Assembly: GCA_963931655.1 (NCBI GenBank)
Contig: OZ007036.1
Location: 319,783-383,782, forward strand
DNA length: 64,000 bases
Reading direction: 5' to 3'
From: Butyricicoccus sp.
Lineage (GTDB): Bacteria > Bacillota > Clostridia > Oscillospirales > Butyricicoccaceae
Numbering within the stretch: position 1 is the stretch's first letter; every line of letters starts with the position of its first letter. The position numbers and the translations under genes were made by a program. Below are positions 53,335-62,142 of this stretch, in pieces. Under the pieces are notes generated by a model. That model saw nothing but the letters and a program-made list of their open reading frames with translations. It made no database searches and was not told where the DNA came from.

Positions 53335-54129
53335 TTAATTACTGCTGTTTTGGTTATTATGATGACCGTTTTGTTTGCCATATTGGTGATGACCATTGTT
53401 ATTATTTTGATTACAATTTTGACCTTGACCAGAATAGCTGGTTGAGTTTGTGTCATATTGGTTATCATTTTGTTTTACACTGGAAATTAAATCGTTAATT
53501 TCTCGCATTGACATTTGTTTTACTTCATCAGAAGTTAAATTTATACCTAACTCTTTAAGTTGTAAATATGCTTTATATTTGCCATATGATAGCCCCAGCG
53601 AATGAGCATCAGAAACTTCATCAGAATTTAAAGAATAACAATGCATATTTTGATTTTGAGAAGTGCAATGAGATACATATTCAAGTATATTTTCGCCTTG
53701 ACTTTGGTCTATTGGCAGTACAGCAATAGACAAAGTTTCATCATTAGATAGGCAGTTTAAAACAGTTTCACTTTCAAGAATTTCATCAATAGCAGAGTTA
53801 TAATCCTTAAACATAATATTCAGAGAGTCAGAAAGAATTTCACCATCAGAATTATAAGAGTCAACCGATATTATTTTATCAAAACGGTTAACATCAAGCT
53901 CAATAGAAGGGTTAATGTCTATGCTAATAACAGATGTAGGGGTAAAATATTCTTTATATCCGCCAAAGCCTATAAGGGCTAAACATGCAAAAGTTGCACA
54001 CATTGGACGTAAAATACTGCGTTTATGATGCGTTTTACTTTCGATAAAAGTTATAGTTTGACTTTTAAGGTTATCATCTGCATGTATGTTATCAAAAGCT
54101 GATTTAATTTTATTCTGCATAGTCATCAC
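53335..54129 (-). CDS. Anti-sigma factor, RsgI-like
   Basis: Single TM, ISIDINPSIELDVN motif, low-complexity N/Q/H tail. Confidence 0.75.
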   Translation of the reverse strand: MMTMQNKIKSAFDNIHADDNLKSQTITFIESKTHHKRSILRPMCATFACLALIGFGGYKEYFTPTSVISIDINPSIELDVNRFDKIISVDSYNSDGEILSDSLNIMFKDYNSAIDEILESETVLNCLSNDETLSIAVLPIDQSQGENILEYVSHCTSQNQNMHCYSLNSDEVSDAHSLGLSYGKYKAYLQLKELGINLTSDEVKQMSMREINDLISSVKQNDNQYDTNSTSYSGQGQNCNQNNNNGHHQYGKQNGHHNNQNSSN

Positions 54130-54595
54130 CTCCTAAAGTGGTTTTAAGAAGCTGTTTACCTCTATTTAGATATGTATATATAGTATTTACATTTTTATTT
54201 AATATTTTTCCGATTTCTGGTGCAGAATAACCTTCATAATAATGTAAATATATAACTTTTCTATATTTTTCGGGTAGTGCTAAAACAGCCTCCAATACTT
54301 CTTTATTATCATCATCTGGTATATCAGCTTGCTCTATAACTTCATCTAAAGATACAGTTTTGGCGCGAAAAAAGCTTTTTAATAAATCTTTACAAGCATT
54401 TATAGTAACACGAACAAACCAAGCCTTTTCATGTTCATAGTTTTCAAATACTGCGGAGCTAAGGGCATATTTTAAAAATACATTTTGAAATATATCTTCA
54501 GTATCAGCATAATTCTTTAAATGTATTAAGCAAATACGTCTAACTGTATCAGCATATTTTTCGATTGCTTGAGTTATTTCCCATTCGCTCCGCAT
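54110..54595 (-). CDS. ECF RNA polymerase sigma factor
   Basis: DTEDIFQNVF, AWFVRVTINACKD, region 4 LYLHYYEGYSAPEIGKIL-like. Confidence 0.92.
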   Translation of the reverse strand: MRSEWEITQAIEKYADTVRRICLIHLKNYADTEDIFQNVFLKYALSSAVFENYEHEKAWFVRVTINACKDLLKSFFRAKTVSLDEVIEQADIPDDDNKEVLEAVLALPEKYRKVIYLHYYEGYSAPEIGKILNKNVNTIYTYLNRGKQLLKTTLGGDDYAE

Positions 54596-54907
54596 AAAAC
54601 TACCCCCTAATTATCTATGCTTGCCTAGTTGTCTACCTGTGCCATCTTTTGGACAAGTACCCATGTTATCACAAATACCATCACCATTTTCATCTACAAA
54701 GTACGAGCCGTTGCCACAAGTACCTTTGTTATCACAAATACCATCACCGTTTTCATCTACAAAGTATAAACCGTTGCCACAAGTACCTTTGTTATCACAA
54801 ATACCGTCACCATTTGCATCAACAAAATATAGACCATTGCCACCAGTACTAATGTTATCACAAACACCATCGTTGTTTAAATCGACATAATTTGTGGTTT
54901 TATTAAG

Positions 54908-55961
54908 TGATAAATTGTCAAGTCAAAAGCGACAGTTGATGAAAGAAAACTTCATAGGCAGATTTCCACTTGAGACATTTTCGAGGTCTAGAATTTATAA
55001 GAAATAAAGCTTTTTGTAAATCATTATAGGAAACTTTAGCTAAATCAGTTTTTTTAGGAAAGAATTCTCGTAATAAACCATTTGAATTTTCATTTGTGCC
55101 CCTTTGCCAAGATGAATAAGGGTCAGCAAAATAAAATGGAATATTCAAATCACGTTCAATATTTAAATAACATGCAAACTCTTTACCTCTATCTACAGTT
55201 GCAGTTTTAAAAGCTTTTTTAGGCAGAATATTAGCAACAAATCTTACTGCATTTTCCATTGAAGATGCAGTTCTATCTGGAATTTTTATAGCAATATACA
55301 TTCGTGTTTTTCGTTCTGCAAATGTAGCAAAACAGCCTTTACTCTCACCACGACTAGAAACAATTGTATCTAATTCCCAATGACCAAATGTTGTTCTTTT
55401 CTTAATTTCTTTTGGTCTTTTAGATATTGATTTGCCAATATTGAAACGTCCTCTTGTTTCTTTTGGTTTATGTCTCTTTCCCTTATGTCTAAGTAATTTT
55501 AAACCATTTGTTGAGATTATACCTTTATAAATCCAACGGTATATCGTTTTGAAACTAACTACTCCTTTGGTCAGTGTATTTGCAATCTGTTCTGGAGAAT
55601 ATGTGCTGTTTAAACCTCTTTCTATCTGCTTAACCAAAGCTTTTGAATATTTTCCTTTTGGTTTTGAGTTTTTTCTTCGAATACAGTATTTTTTATGGGC
55701 AGTTTCTGCATTATACATTTGCTCATTATTGCGTTTTAATTCTCTTGCAACGGTACTATGATGTCTACCTATTTCTTTTCCTATTTTACGGGCTGAATAT
55801 CCCAATTTTTTTAATACCTCTATACGGCTTCTTTCAAATGTGGTAAGATGTTTATAGCTCATAAGTAAACTCCTTTTGTGTTATGTTGTGTGGTAACTTC
55901 ATTTTACACTATAAAGTTTACTTGTGGGCTTTTTTGTCGCACTTAATTTTACAATCCATCA
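54908..55961 (-). mobile_element. IS30-family insertion sequence (1,054 bp)
   Basis: Imperfect 26-bp terminal inverted repeats (54908-54933 and 55936-55961) and a 2-bp target duplication AG (54906-54907 and 55962-55963). Confidence 0.9.
54918..55862 (-). CDS. IS30-family transposase
   Basis: HLTTFER, GHWELDTIV, TVDRGKEF, WQRGTNENSNGLLREFFPK. Confidence 0.95.
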   Translation of the reverse strand: MSYKHLTTFERSRIEVLKKLGYSARKIGKEIGRHHSTVARELKRNNEQMYNAETAHKKYCIRRKNSKPKGKYSKALVKQIERGLNSTYSPEQIANTLTKGVVSFKTIYRWIYKGIISTNGLKLLRHKGKRHKPKETRGRFNIGKSISKRPKEIKKRTTFGHWELDTIVSSRGESKGCFATFAERKTRMYIAIKIPDRTASSMENAVRFVANILPKKAFKTATVDRGKEFACYLNIERDLNIPFYFADPYSSWQRGTNENSNGLLREFFPKKTDLAKVSYNDLQKALFLINSRPRKCLKWKSAYEVFFHQLSLLT

Positions 55962-56261
55962 AGTTTATATGTTTGATTTTGCCTACCATGATAAGCAAAT
56001 GCACTTGCTGTACCAGCTGTAATAACTAATGCAGAGATTATAACTCCAGAAACTAACTTTTTCATAATAATAATTCCTCCTGATAAATAGTGTTTTAAGT
56101 GGTTTCATATATAATACGACTGACAAATATAAATCCATTCAAAAAAATAAAAAAATTTTTTTGTTAAAATTTTTTAACAAAATATATTGTCATTTATTGA
56201 AAATTAAAAACTTTAAATATATACTTATTTATATAGTTTATATTGAATTGGGGGAATAAAT

Positions 56262-57818
56262 ATGAAAAAAGGTATGGCGGATACAATAAAAGATGCTAAA
56301 CTATTGCCAATAAGACTTATATTAGGTGGATTATTAGTTGGTATTGTATCAGGTTTTATTGTTATGCTTTATCGTCTTGTTTTGCAATATGCAGAACAGG
56401 TTTTGGAATTTATTGTAGATTTTATATCAGGCTCTATAGTAAAGGAAATTGTTTGGATAGCAATTTTAATGATAATAGCGGTTATTGTGGCTAAATTAAT
56501 AAAATTTGAGCCTATGATTTCGGGAAGTGGTATCCCTCAGATAGAGGGAGAAATGACAGGTAAATTAAATCAAACATGGTATAAAGTGTTACCTGCTAAA
56601 TTTATCGGTGGGTTTTTATGTTTGTTATCTGGTCTTTCATTAGGTAGAGAAGGTCCATCTATTCAGCTTGGTGCTATGAGTGGAAAAGGTATATCAAAAT
56701 TATTATCTTTGGGTAAAACTGATGAAAAATATATGTTAACATGTGGGGCAAGTGCAGGTTTAGCGGCAGCATTTAATGCACCGCTTGCAGGTGTTTTGTT
56801 TTCGCTAGAGGAAATACATAAAAATTTCTCAGTATCTGTTTTGATATCAGTTATGACTGCATCTGTTACAAGTGATTATTTATCTTCTAGCATATTAGGT
56901 AATGACCCTGTGTTTAATTTTTCGATTACACAAGACCTTCCTATGAAATATTATGGTTTAATAATTGTTTTAGGAATAATACTCGGATTTTTTGGTGCAT
57001 TTTATAACTGGTTTACATTGAAAATACAATCTTTATATCAAGAATGTAAATTTTTAAATCAAACAACTAGAGTTATGATACCATTTTTTATTGCAGGTAT
57101 TTTAGCATTTACTGTACCTGTACTTCTTGGCAGTGGTGGCAATTTAATAAAAATGATAACAACAACTAAGTTAGGTATAACAGTTGCAGTGTTAATTCTT
57201 ATAGGAAAATTTATTTATTCAGGTGTGAGTTTTGGTTCTGGTGCACCAGGAGGAATATTTTTTCCAATGCTAGTTTTAGGCGGGTTTACAGGTGGAATTT
57301 TTGCAATGATTTGTATAAATATCTTTGGACTTCCAGCCGAATATTTAAATAATTTTGTTTTATTAGCTATGGCAGGATTTTTTACAGCGATTGTTAGAGC
57401 ACCACTTACAGGCATTATTTTGATTTTCGAGATGACAGGTTCACTCAGTCAGCTTACATCTTTACTTCTCATATCTGTATCAGCATATATAGTAGCAACT
57501 CTTTTAAAATGTGAGCCTATATATGAAAGTTTGTTAACAAGGATTTTAAAGCGTCAAGGACAAAAAATAGATAACAAAGAAAAAGTGTTAAAAGAATATA
57601 TAATAATGCATAATTCACCTATTGATGGAATGAAGATAAGTGAAATTGATTTACCTTCAAATGTGTTAATAGTGGCTATTCGTAGAGGAAGTGAAGAAAT
57701 TTTACCAAATGGTGATACAAAACTATATGCCAGTGATGTGTTATTGGTAATGTCTAATGAAAATGGTGATATATATGATAGTTTAAACAATCTGTGCACA
57801 GAAAACAGTATATGTTAA
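56262..57818 (+). CDS. ClC family H+/Cl- exchanger with TrkA-C domain
   Basis: GSGIP, GREGPSIQ, GAPGGIFFPM, AIVRAPLTG; C-terminal IRRGSEEILPNGDT. Confidence 0.92.
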   Translation: MKKGMADTIKDAKLLPIRLILGGLLVGIVSGFIVMLYRLVLQYAEQVLEFIVDFISGSIVKEIVWIAILMIIAVIVAKLIKFEPMISGSGIPQIEGEMTGKLNQTWYKVLPAKFIGGFLCLLSGLSLGREGPSIQLGAMSGKGISKLLSLGKTDEKYMLTCGASAGLAAAFNAPLAGVLFSLEEIHKNFSVSVLISVMTASVTSDYLSSSILGNDPVFNFSITQDLPMKYYGLIIVLGIILGFFGAFYNWFTLKIQSLYQECKFLNQTTRVMIPFFIAGILAFTVPVLLGSGGNLIKMITTTKLGITVAVLILIGKFIYSGVSFGSGAPGGIFFPMLVLGGFTGGIFAMICINIFGLPAEYLNNFVLLAMAGFFTAIVRAPLTGIILIFEMTGSLSQLTSLLLISVSAYIVATLLKCEPIYESLLTRILKRQGQKIDNKEKVLKEYIIMHNSPIDGMKISEIDLPSNVLIVAIRRGSEEILPNGDTKLYASDVLLVMSNENGDIYDSLNNLCTENSIC

Positions 57819-57822
57819 TTAT

Positions 57823-57856
57823 AAAAGCCAAAAATCATTAAGATTTTTGGCTTTTT
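57823..57856 (+). terminator. Rho-independent terminator
   Basis: aaaagccaaaaatc / gatttttggcttttt. Confidence 0.7.
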
Positions 57857-57927
57857 CTATTAAAGTAATAGTAAAGTGTTATTTATTCATATAATATATT
57901 AAATTTATTTGAGAGGGGTAAATAATA

Positions 57928-58047
57928 ATGACAAAAAGTACATCTATTATAAATGTTTTTAAAAATGGAACAGATAAAATTTCTAAATCTGATTTCACAA
58001 AAAAATGGATTGAGCTTGTAAATCAAATGGAAAAAAACAATAAATGA
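57928..58047 (+). CDS. 39-aa protein translationally coupled to recombinase 2 (candidate directionality factor)
   Basis: Translated by hand: MTKSTSIINVFKNGTDKISKSDFTKKWIELVNQMEKNNK; GAGGGG RBS; ATGA overlap with the recombinase start; CATATAAT at 57888-57895. Confidence 0.6.
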   Translation: MTKSTSIINVFKNGTDKISKSDFTKKWIELVNQMEKNNK

Positions 58048-59591
58048 AAGTAGCTATTTATTGTAGATTGTCCGAGGAAGATAAAAACAAGAAATTTGAA
58101 ACTGATGATAGTAATAGTATACAAAACCAAAAATCAATGTTAATACAATATGTTATTGAGCATGATTGGGAGCTTTATAATATATATAGCGATGATGATT
58201 ATACAGGAGCAGATAGAAAACGTCCAGAATTTAACAGACTTCTTAAAGATGCAGAAAATCACAAGTTTGACATTATACTTTGTAAAACTCAATCACGCTT
58301 TACTCGTGAATTAGAGCTTGTTGAAAAATATATACATGGTTTATTTCCATTATGGGGTATACGTTTTATTAGTGTAGTGGATAATGCTGATACAGATAAT
58401 AAAGGAAATAAAAAATCACGTCAAATAAATGGTCTTGTAAATGAATGGTATCTTGAAGATATGTCAGAAAATATAAAAAGTGTACTTACAAACAGACGTA
58501 AAAACGGTTATCATATTGGTTCATTTGCACCTTATGGCTATAAAAAAGACCCTGATAAAAAAGGACATCTTATTATAGATAATGAGGCTGCAAAGGTTGT
58601 TCGTGAGATATTCATTTTATTTTCAAAGGGATATGGTAAAACTTATATAGCAAGAATGTTAAATGATAAAGGTATACCAAATCCAACTGAATATAAACGT
58701 TTACAAGGTTATAAACAAGCAAATAAGCATAATAGCACACTTTGGAAATACTTTACAATATCCAATATATTAAAAAATGAAGTATATATAGGAAATCTTG
58801 TCCAAGGTAAATATGGAAGTGTATCTTATAAGACCAAGAAAAATAGACCTCGCCCCCAAAGTGAATGGTATAAAGTTTGTGGGGTACATGAACCTATAAT
58901 TGAGCGGGATTTATGGGAGAGAGTACAAAATTTAATAAATCAAAAAAATAGACCTTTTGAAGTAGGAAAAATAGGTTTATTTGCTGGTAAAGTTAGATGT
59001 ATAAACTGTGGTTATACAATGCGTTCATCTAAAACTAAAAAAATAAACTATCTTAAATGCTCAACTAAGCATATCGCTAAAAATTCATGTATTGGTTCTT
59101 TTATATCAGTTGCAAAGCTTGAAAAAATAATTATTGATGAAATAAATAAATTTTTATCTGAATTTTTAGATAAAGATATGCTAGAAAGTAATATTCATTT
59201 TTGTAATGATTTTGAAAAAGAAAGAAATCAACTTATTTCAGATATAAAATTATATCAAAAAAAGGTTGATGAGTATTCAAAATATATAAAACAATTATAT
59301 ATAGATAAAATAAAAGGAATTATAAGTGAAAGTGATTATATTTCATTTTCAAATGAGTTTACTTTAAATAGAGAGCGCTTGAAAAATATAATAAATGAAA
59401 ATCAAAAACAGCTTGATGATATAGAAAAAAATATTAAATCTGGTATAAATCAAAAAGAGACAATAGAAAAATATATAAATTTAAAAAATTTAAACCGAGA
59501 GATAGTTGAAACACTAATAGATTATATATATGTTGGAAAACGAATAAAAGGAACAAAAGAAATTCCGATTGAAATTCATTGGAATTTTTAA
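58044..59591 (+). CDS. Large serine recombinase of element 2
   Basis: AIYCRLSEED, CKTQSRFTR, recombinase domain, CINCG...C...C zinc ribbon, coiled coil; stop abuts the att arm. Confidence 0.95.
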   Translation: MKVAIYCRLSEEDKNKKFETDDSNSIQNQKSMLIQYVIEHDWELYNIYSDDDYTGADRKRPEFNRLLKDAENHKFDIILCKTQSRFTRELELVEKYIHGLFPLWGIRFISVVDNADTDNKGNKKSRQINGLVNEWYLEDMSENIKSVLTNRRKNGYHIGSFAPYGYKKDPDKKGHLIIDNEAAKVVREIFILFSKGYGKTYIARMLNDKGIPNPTEYKRLQGYKQANKHNSTLWKYFTISNILKNEVYIGNLVQGKYGSVSYKTKKNRPRPQSEWYKVCGVHEPIIERDLWERVQNLINQKNRPFEVGKIGLFAGKVRCINCGYTMRSSKTKKINYLKCSTKHIAKNSCIGSFISVAKLEKIIIDEINKFLSEFLDKDMLESNIHFCNDFEKERNQLISDIKLYQKKVDEYSKYIKQLYIDKIKGIISESDYISFSNEFTLNRERLKNIINENQKQLDDIEKNIKSGINQKETIEKYINLKNLNREIVETLIDYIYVGKRIKGTKEIPIEIHWNF

Positions 59592-59618
59592 AATTTGTTC
59601 TTATATGATTGCAGCAGA
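59592..59618 (+). other. attR of element 2
   Basis: Arm aatttgttcttata (59592-59605) plus core GCAGCAGA (59611-59618). Confidence 0.85.
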
Positions 59619-59766
59619 GCAAAAGGCTCGTACAACTTATGATAATTTATTAAGACTTATTGATGACCCAGATGTTAGAGACCCTATTAAATTTTTACGT
59701 CAAAGAGAAGTAACACACTTCCAACGTTTTGGTGATACAAAAAGGATATTATCAAACACAAAATAA
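59619..59766 (+). CDS. cotJC: cotJC segment 3, aa 136-174 (then 10 possibly non-cotJC codons)
   Basis: EQKARTTYDNLLRLIDDPDVRDPIKFLRQREVTHFQRFG, then DTKRILSNTK*. Confidence 0.9.
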
Positions 59767-59773
59767 AATATAA

Positions 59774-59831
59774 TTGACTTATCTTGTCTAATATGATAGA
59801 CTAAAGAAAAACAAAGTCTAATAGATTAGAC
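59774..59831 (+). promoter_or_regulatory. Sigma-A promoter with two palindromic operators for the second BlaI-like repressor
   Basis: TTGACT(59774)-17bp-TAGACT; GTCTA-ATATGA-TAGAC (59786-59801) and GTCTAA-TAGA-TTAGAC (59816-59831). Confidence 0.7.
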
Positions 59832-59845
59832 AAGGAGGCTTATAT

Positions 59846-60214
59846 ATGGAAATTCCAAAAATTTATGAAAGTGAATATCGTTTTTGTTTGATTATGTGGG
59901 AGCATGAACCAATAAAAGCAGCTCAACTTGTTAAGTTGTGCAATGAGCAGCTAGGTTGGAAACGAACTACAACTTATACAGTAATTAAGCGTTTAGGTGA
60001 ACGTGGTGTTTTGAAAAATGAGAATGGAATAATTAAATCTTTAATATCTAAAGAACAAGCACAATCATCTGAAATTGATGAATTAGTAGAAAAGAAATTT
60101 GAGGGCTCATTACCAGCGTTTATAGCAGCTTTTACTAAACGTCAAGATTTATCAAGAAAAGAATTGGACGAAGTTCAGCAAATGATTGACCGAATTAGGA
60201 AAGGAGGATTTTAG
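59846..60214 (+). CDS. BlaI/MecI/CopY family repressor
   Basis: ESEYRFCLIMW, WKRTTTYTVIKRLGERG. Confidence 0.9.
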   Translation: MEIPKIYESEYRFCLIMWEHEPIKAAQLVKLCNEQLGWKRTTTYTVIKRLGERGVLKNENGIIKSLISKEQAQSSEIDELVEKKFEGSLPAFIAAFTKRQDLSRKELDEVQQMIDRIRKGGF

Positions 60215-62013
60215 TGAATGAGCTATTTTTAAAAATCTTCAATATGAGCATATCAGCAAGTTGGCTTATTTTAGCAGTGCTGATATTTAGGTTGATTTTG
60301 AAGAAAGCTCCAAAGTGCATATATGTTATACTTTGGGGTATTGTTGCAGTCAAATTAATTTGTCCATTTTCTATTAAAAGTGCGTTTAGCTTAATTCCAA
60401 GTGCAGAAACAATTCCTATAAACATTGAAATGGATTTTAAACCTACTATTGACAGCGGTATTCCAGCAATTAATAGTGTTGTAAACCCAGTAATAAACCA
60501 AACTTTTGCACCCGCTAAGGGGGGGAGTGTTAATCCTTTGCAAATTTTAATTTCTATATTTGCATTTATCTGGATAATTGGAATGGCGATATTATTTGTA
60601 TATAGTGCTTTTAGTTATTTAAGATTAAAAAGAAAAATTGATACAGCAGTTTTATATCAAGACAATATTTTTCAAAGTGAAAATGTAAGTTCTCCATTTG
60701 TTCTAGGTATTATAACCCCAAAAATATATATACCGTTTCAGATTAAAGAGCAAAATTTAAAATATATAATTGCACATGAAAAGGCACATATTAAACGTAA
60801 AGATAATTTATGGAAACCGTTTGGATTTATTTTACTAACTATTCATTGGTTTAATCCTTTGGTATGGTTATCTTATATGCTGTTATGTCGTGATATTGAG
60901 CTTGCTTGTGATGAAAAGGTTATCAAATCACTTGATAATGAGCAGAAAGCTGACTACACACAAGCACTTGTATCTTATAGTATAAATCGTCATTTGATTA
61001 CTGCTTGCCCGTTGTCATTTGGTGAGATTGGTGTTAAAAAAAGGGTGAAATCAATTATGAAATACAAAAAGCCTTCATTTTGGATTATTACAGTATCAAT
61101 TATTGCATTGATAATATTTGGAGTATGCTTTTTAACAAATCCTAAAACATCACAACAGTCACAAAATTTGGATTTATCAAAAGCATCTGAAGTTGAAACA
61201 CTACCAACGATAATAGATGAGTATGATACTGAAATAACAGCTGATGATATATTAAATTTGGCTGTTAAAAACGCTATTATAGATAATAATAAATCATATG
61301 ATACAAAAGATTTAATTAGTTGTGCAAGTTTTATAACTTTACAGCAGTCCAATTTAGCTATTGATAGTGCTCCAGCTCAGCCTAATCAAGTTATATTGTA
61401 TGGTATGGCTATGTATCAAGAATTCAAATTAGATAATAATCAGCTTAAAGAAGTAGGTGGCTTACATTGTCCAGTAGTATTGACATTTGAAGAAACTGGA
61501 GATAATTATAAATTACTAGAATATTGGCAACCTCGTGATGGAAGTTATTATGAACAGGATATTAGAGATAAATTTCCAGATGAAGTAGAAGATTATGCAA
61601 TGGATACTCAAAGGTATGTGGCACAGCAAACACAAAAATGTTATGACCAAGCGGTTGTATATCTTAAAAATACTATTAATGATAATTCAAATATTGGAAT
61701 TATACTTTATGATGATGATAGACTGGGAGGAAATGCTTCTGTTGTCTCTACTGATTTTACAGCAACTGATGGTTCTGGTAATACTATTAGTGTTTGGTAT
61801 GATAATCAAGAAAGTTCATCTGTTAAGGTTACACTATATAAGTATGGTTGGTTTGGTATGAAAGATGTTGTTCTTGAATTTGATGTTGCTGGAAATGATG
61901 ATGAAAGGAAAGAATACATAGCAAGCAAAGCTAGCAGGTATTATGTTAATATATCTGCAAATGATGGCGGCAAAGTAACAGGTCATTTACAAGTAAATCA
62001 AATTTATACTTAA
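60214..62013 (+). CDS. M56 (BlaR1-like) metallopeptidase sensor
   Basis: HEKAH motif, IHWFNPLVW, DIELACDE; its extracellular C-terminal region differs from that of the first M56 gene. Confidence 0.9.
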   Translation: MNELFLKIFNMSISASWLILAVLIFRLILKKAPKCIYVILWGIVAVKLICPFSIKSAFSLIPSAETIPINIEMDFKPTIDSGIPAINSVVNPVINQTFAPAKGGSVNPLQILISIFAFIWIIGMAILFVYSAFSYLRLKRKIDTAVLYQDNIFQSENVSSPFVLGIITPKIYIPFQIKEQNLKYIIAHEKAHIKRKDNLWKPFGFILLTIHWFNPLVWLSYMLLCRDIELACDEKVIKSLDNEQKADYTQALVSYSINRHLITACPLSFGEIGVKKRVKSIMKYKKPSFWIITVSIIALIIFGVCFLTNPKTSQQSQNLDLSKASEVETLPTIIDEYDTEITADDILNLAVKNAIIDNNKSYDTKDLISCASFITLQQSNLAIDSAPAQPNQVILYGMAMYQEFKLDNNQLKEVGGLHCPVVLTFEETGDNYKLLEYWQPRDGSYYEQDIRDKFPDEVEDYAMDTQRYVAQQTQKCYDQAVVYLKNTINDNSNIGIILYDDDRLGGNASVVSTDFTATDGSGNTISVWYDNQESSSVKVTLYKYGWFGMKDVVLEFDVAGNDDERKEYIASKASRYYVNISANDGGKVTGHLQVNQIYT

Positions 62014-62038
62014 TTAAAAATTTTATTTTAAACTCAAA

Positions 62039-62072
62039 AGGCTGGCAGATGAAAAATATCGTCTGTCAGCCT
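62039..62072 (+). terminator. Hairpin terminator
   Basis: aggctggcagatg / cgtctgtcagcct. Confidence 0.65.
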
Positions 62073-62142
62073 TATTATAGTATTTATTTTTTAGACAAAT
62101 AATGGTATAATTTGCTTAATCAAATAAGGAGAAAATATACAT

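Larger units (their letters stand above)
54611..56065 (-). pseudogene. Small exported Asp/Cys-repeat protein interrupted by IS30
   Basis: Signal peptide MKKLVSGVIISALVITAGTASAFA. Removing the IS and one target copy restores YKL-NKTTNYVDLNNDGVCDN, then 19-aa repeats YFVDxNGDGICDNKGTCGNG, ending at TAA 54611-54613. Confidence 0.85.
45243..59618. mobile_element. Element 2: 14,368-bp serine-recombinase element inserted in cotJC
   Basis: 8-bp direct repeat at 45243-45250 and 59611-59618, 14-bp perfect inverted arms, recombinase at the right end. Excision restores DLAA-EQKAR in frame. Confidence 0.9.

Noticed and set aside
54640-54880. 57-bp tandem repeats as a CRISPR array
   Set aside because: The repeats are contiguous, have no unique spacers, keep a reading frame with third-position variation, and no cas genes are present.
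56070-56261. Fluoride riboswitch upstream of the ClC gene, and the palindrome TTGTTAA-N6-TTAACAA at 56161-56180 as a Rex box
   Set aside because: The leader is almost pure A/T with no riboswitch consensus; the palindrome spacer is 6 bp rather than the 4 bp of Rex sites.
27906-59766. cotJC fragments as separately translated, complementing peptides, or as intron/intein splicing
   Set aside because: Segments 2 and 3 lack an RBS, although in-frame ATGs exist at 45054 and 59605. No reverse transcriptase, intron structure or intein motif is present, whereas att cores, arms and recombinases are.
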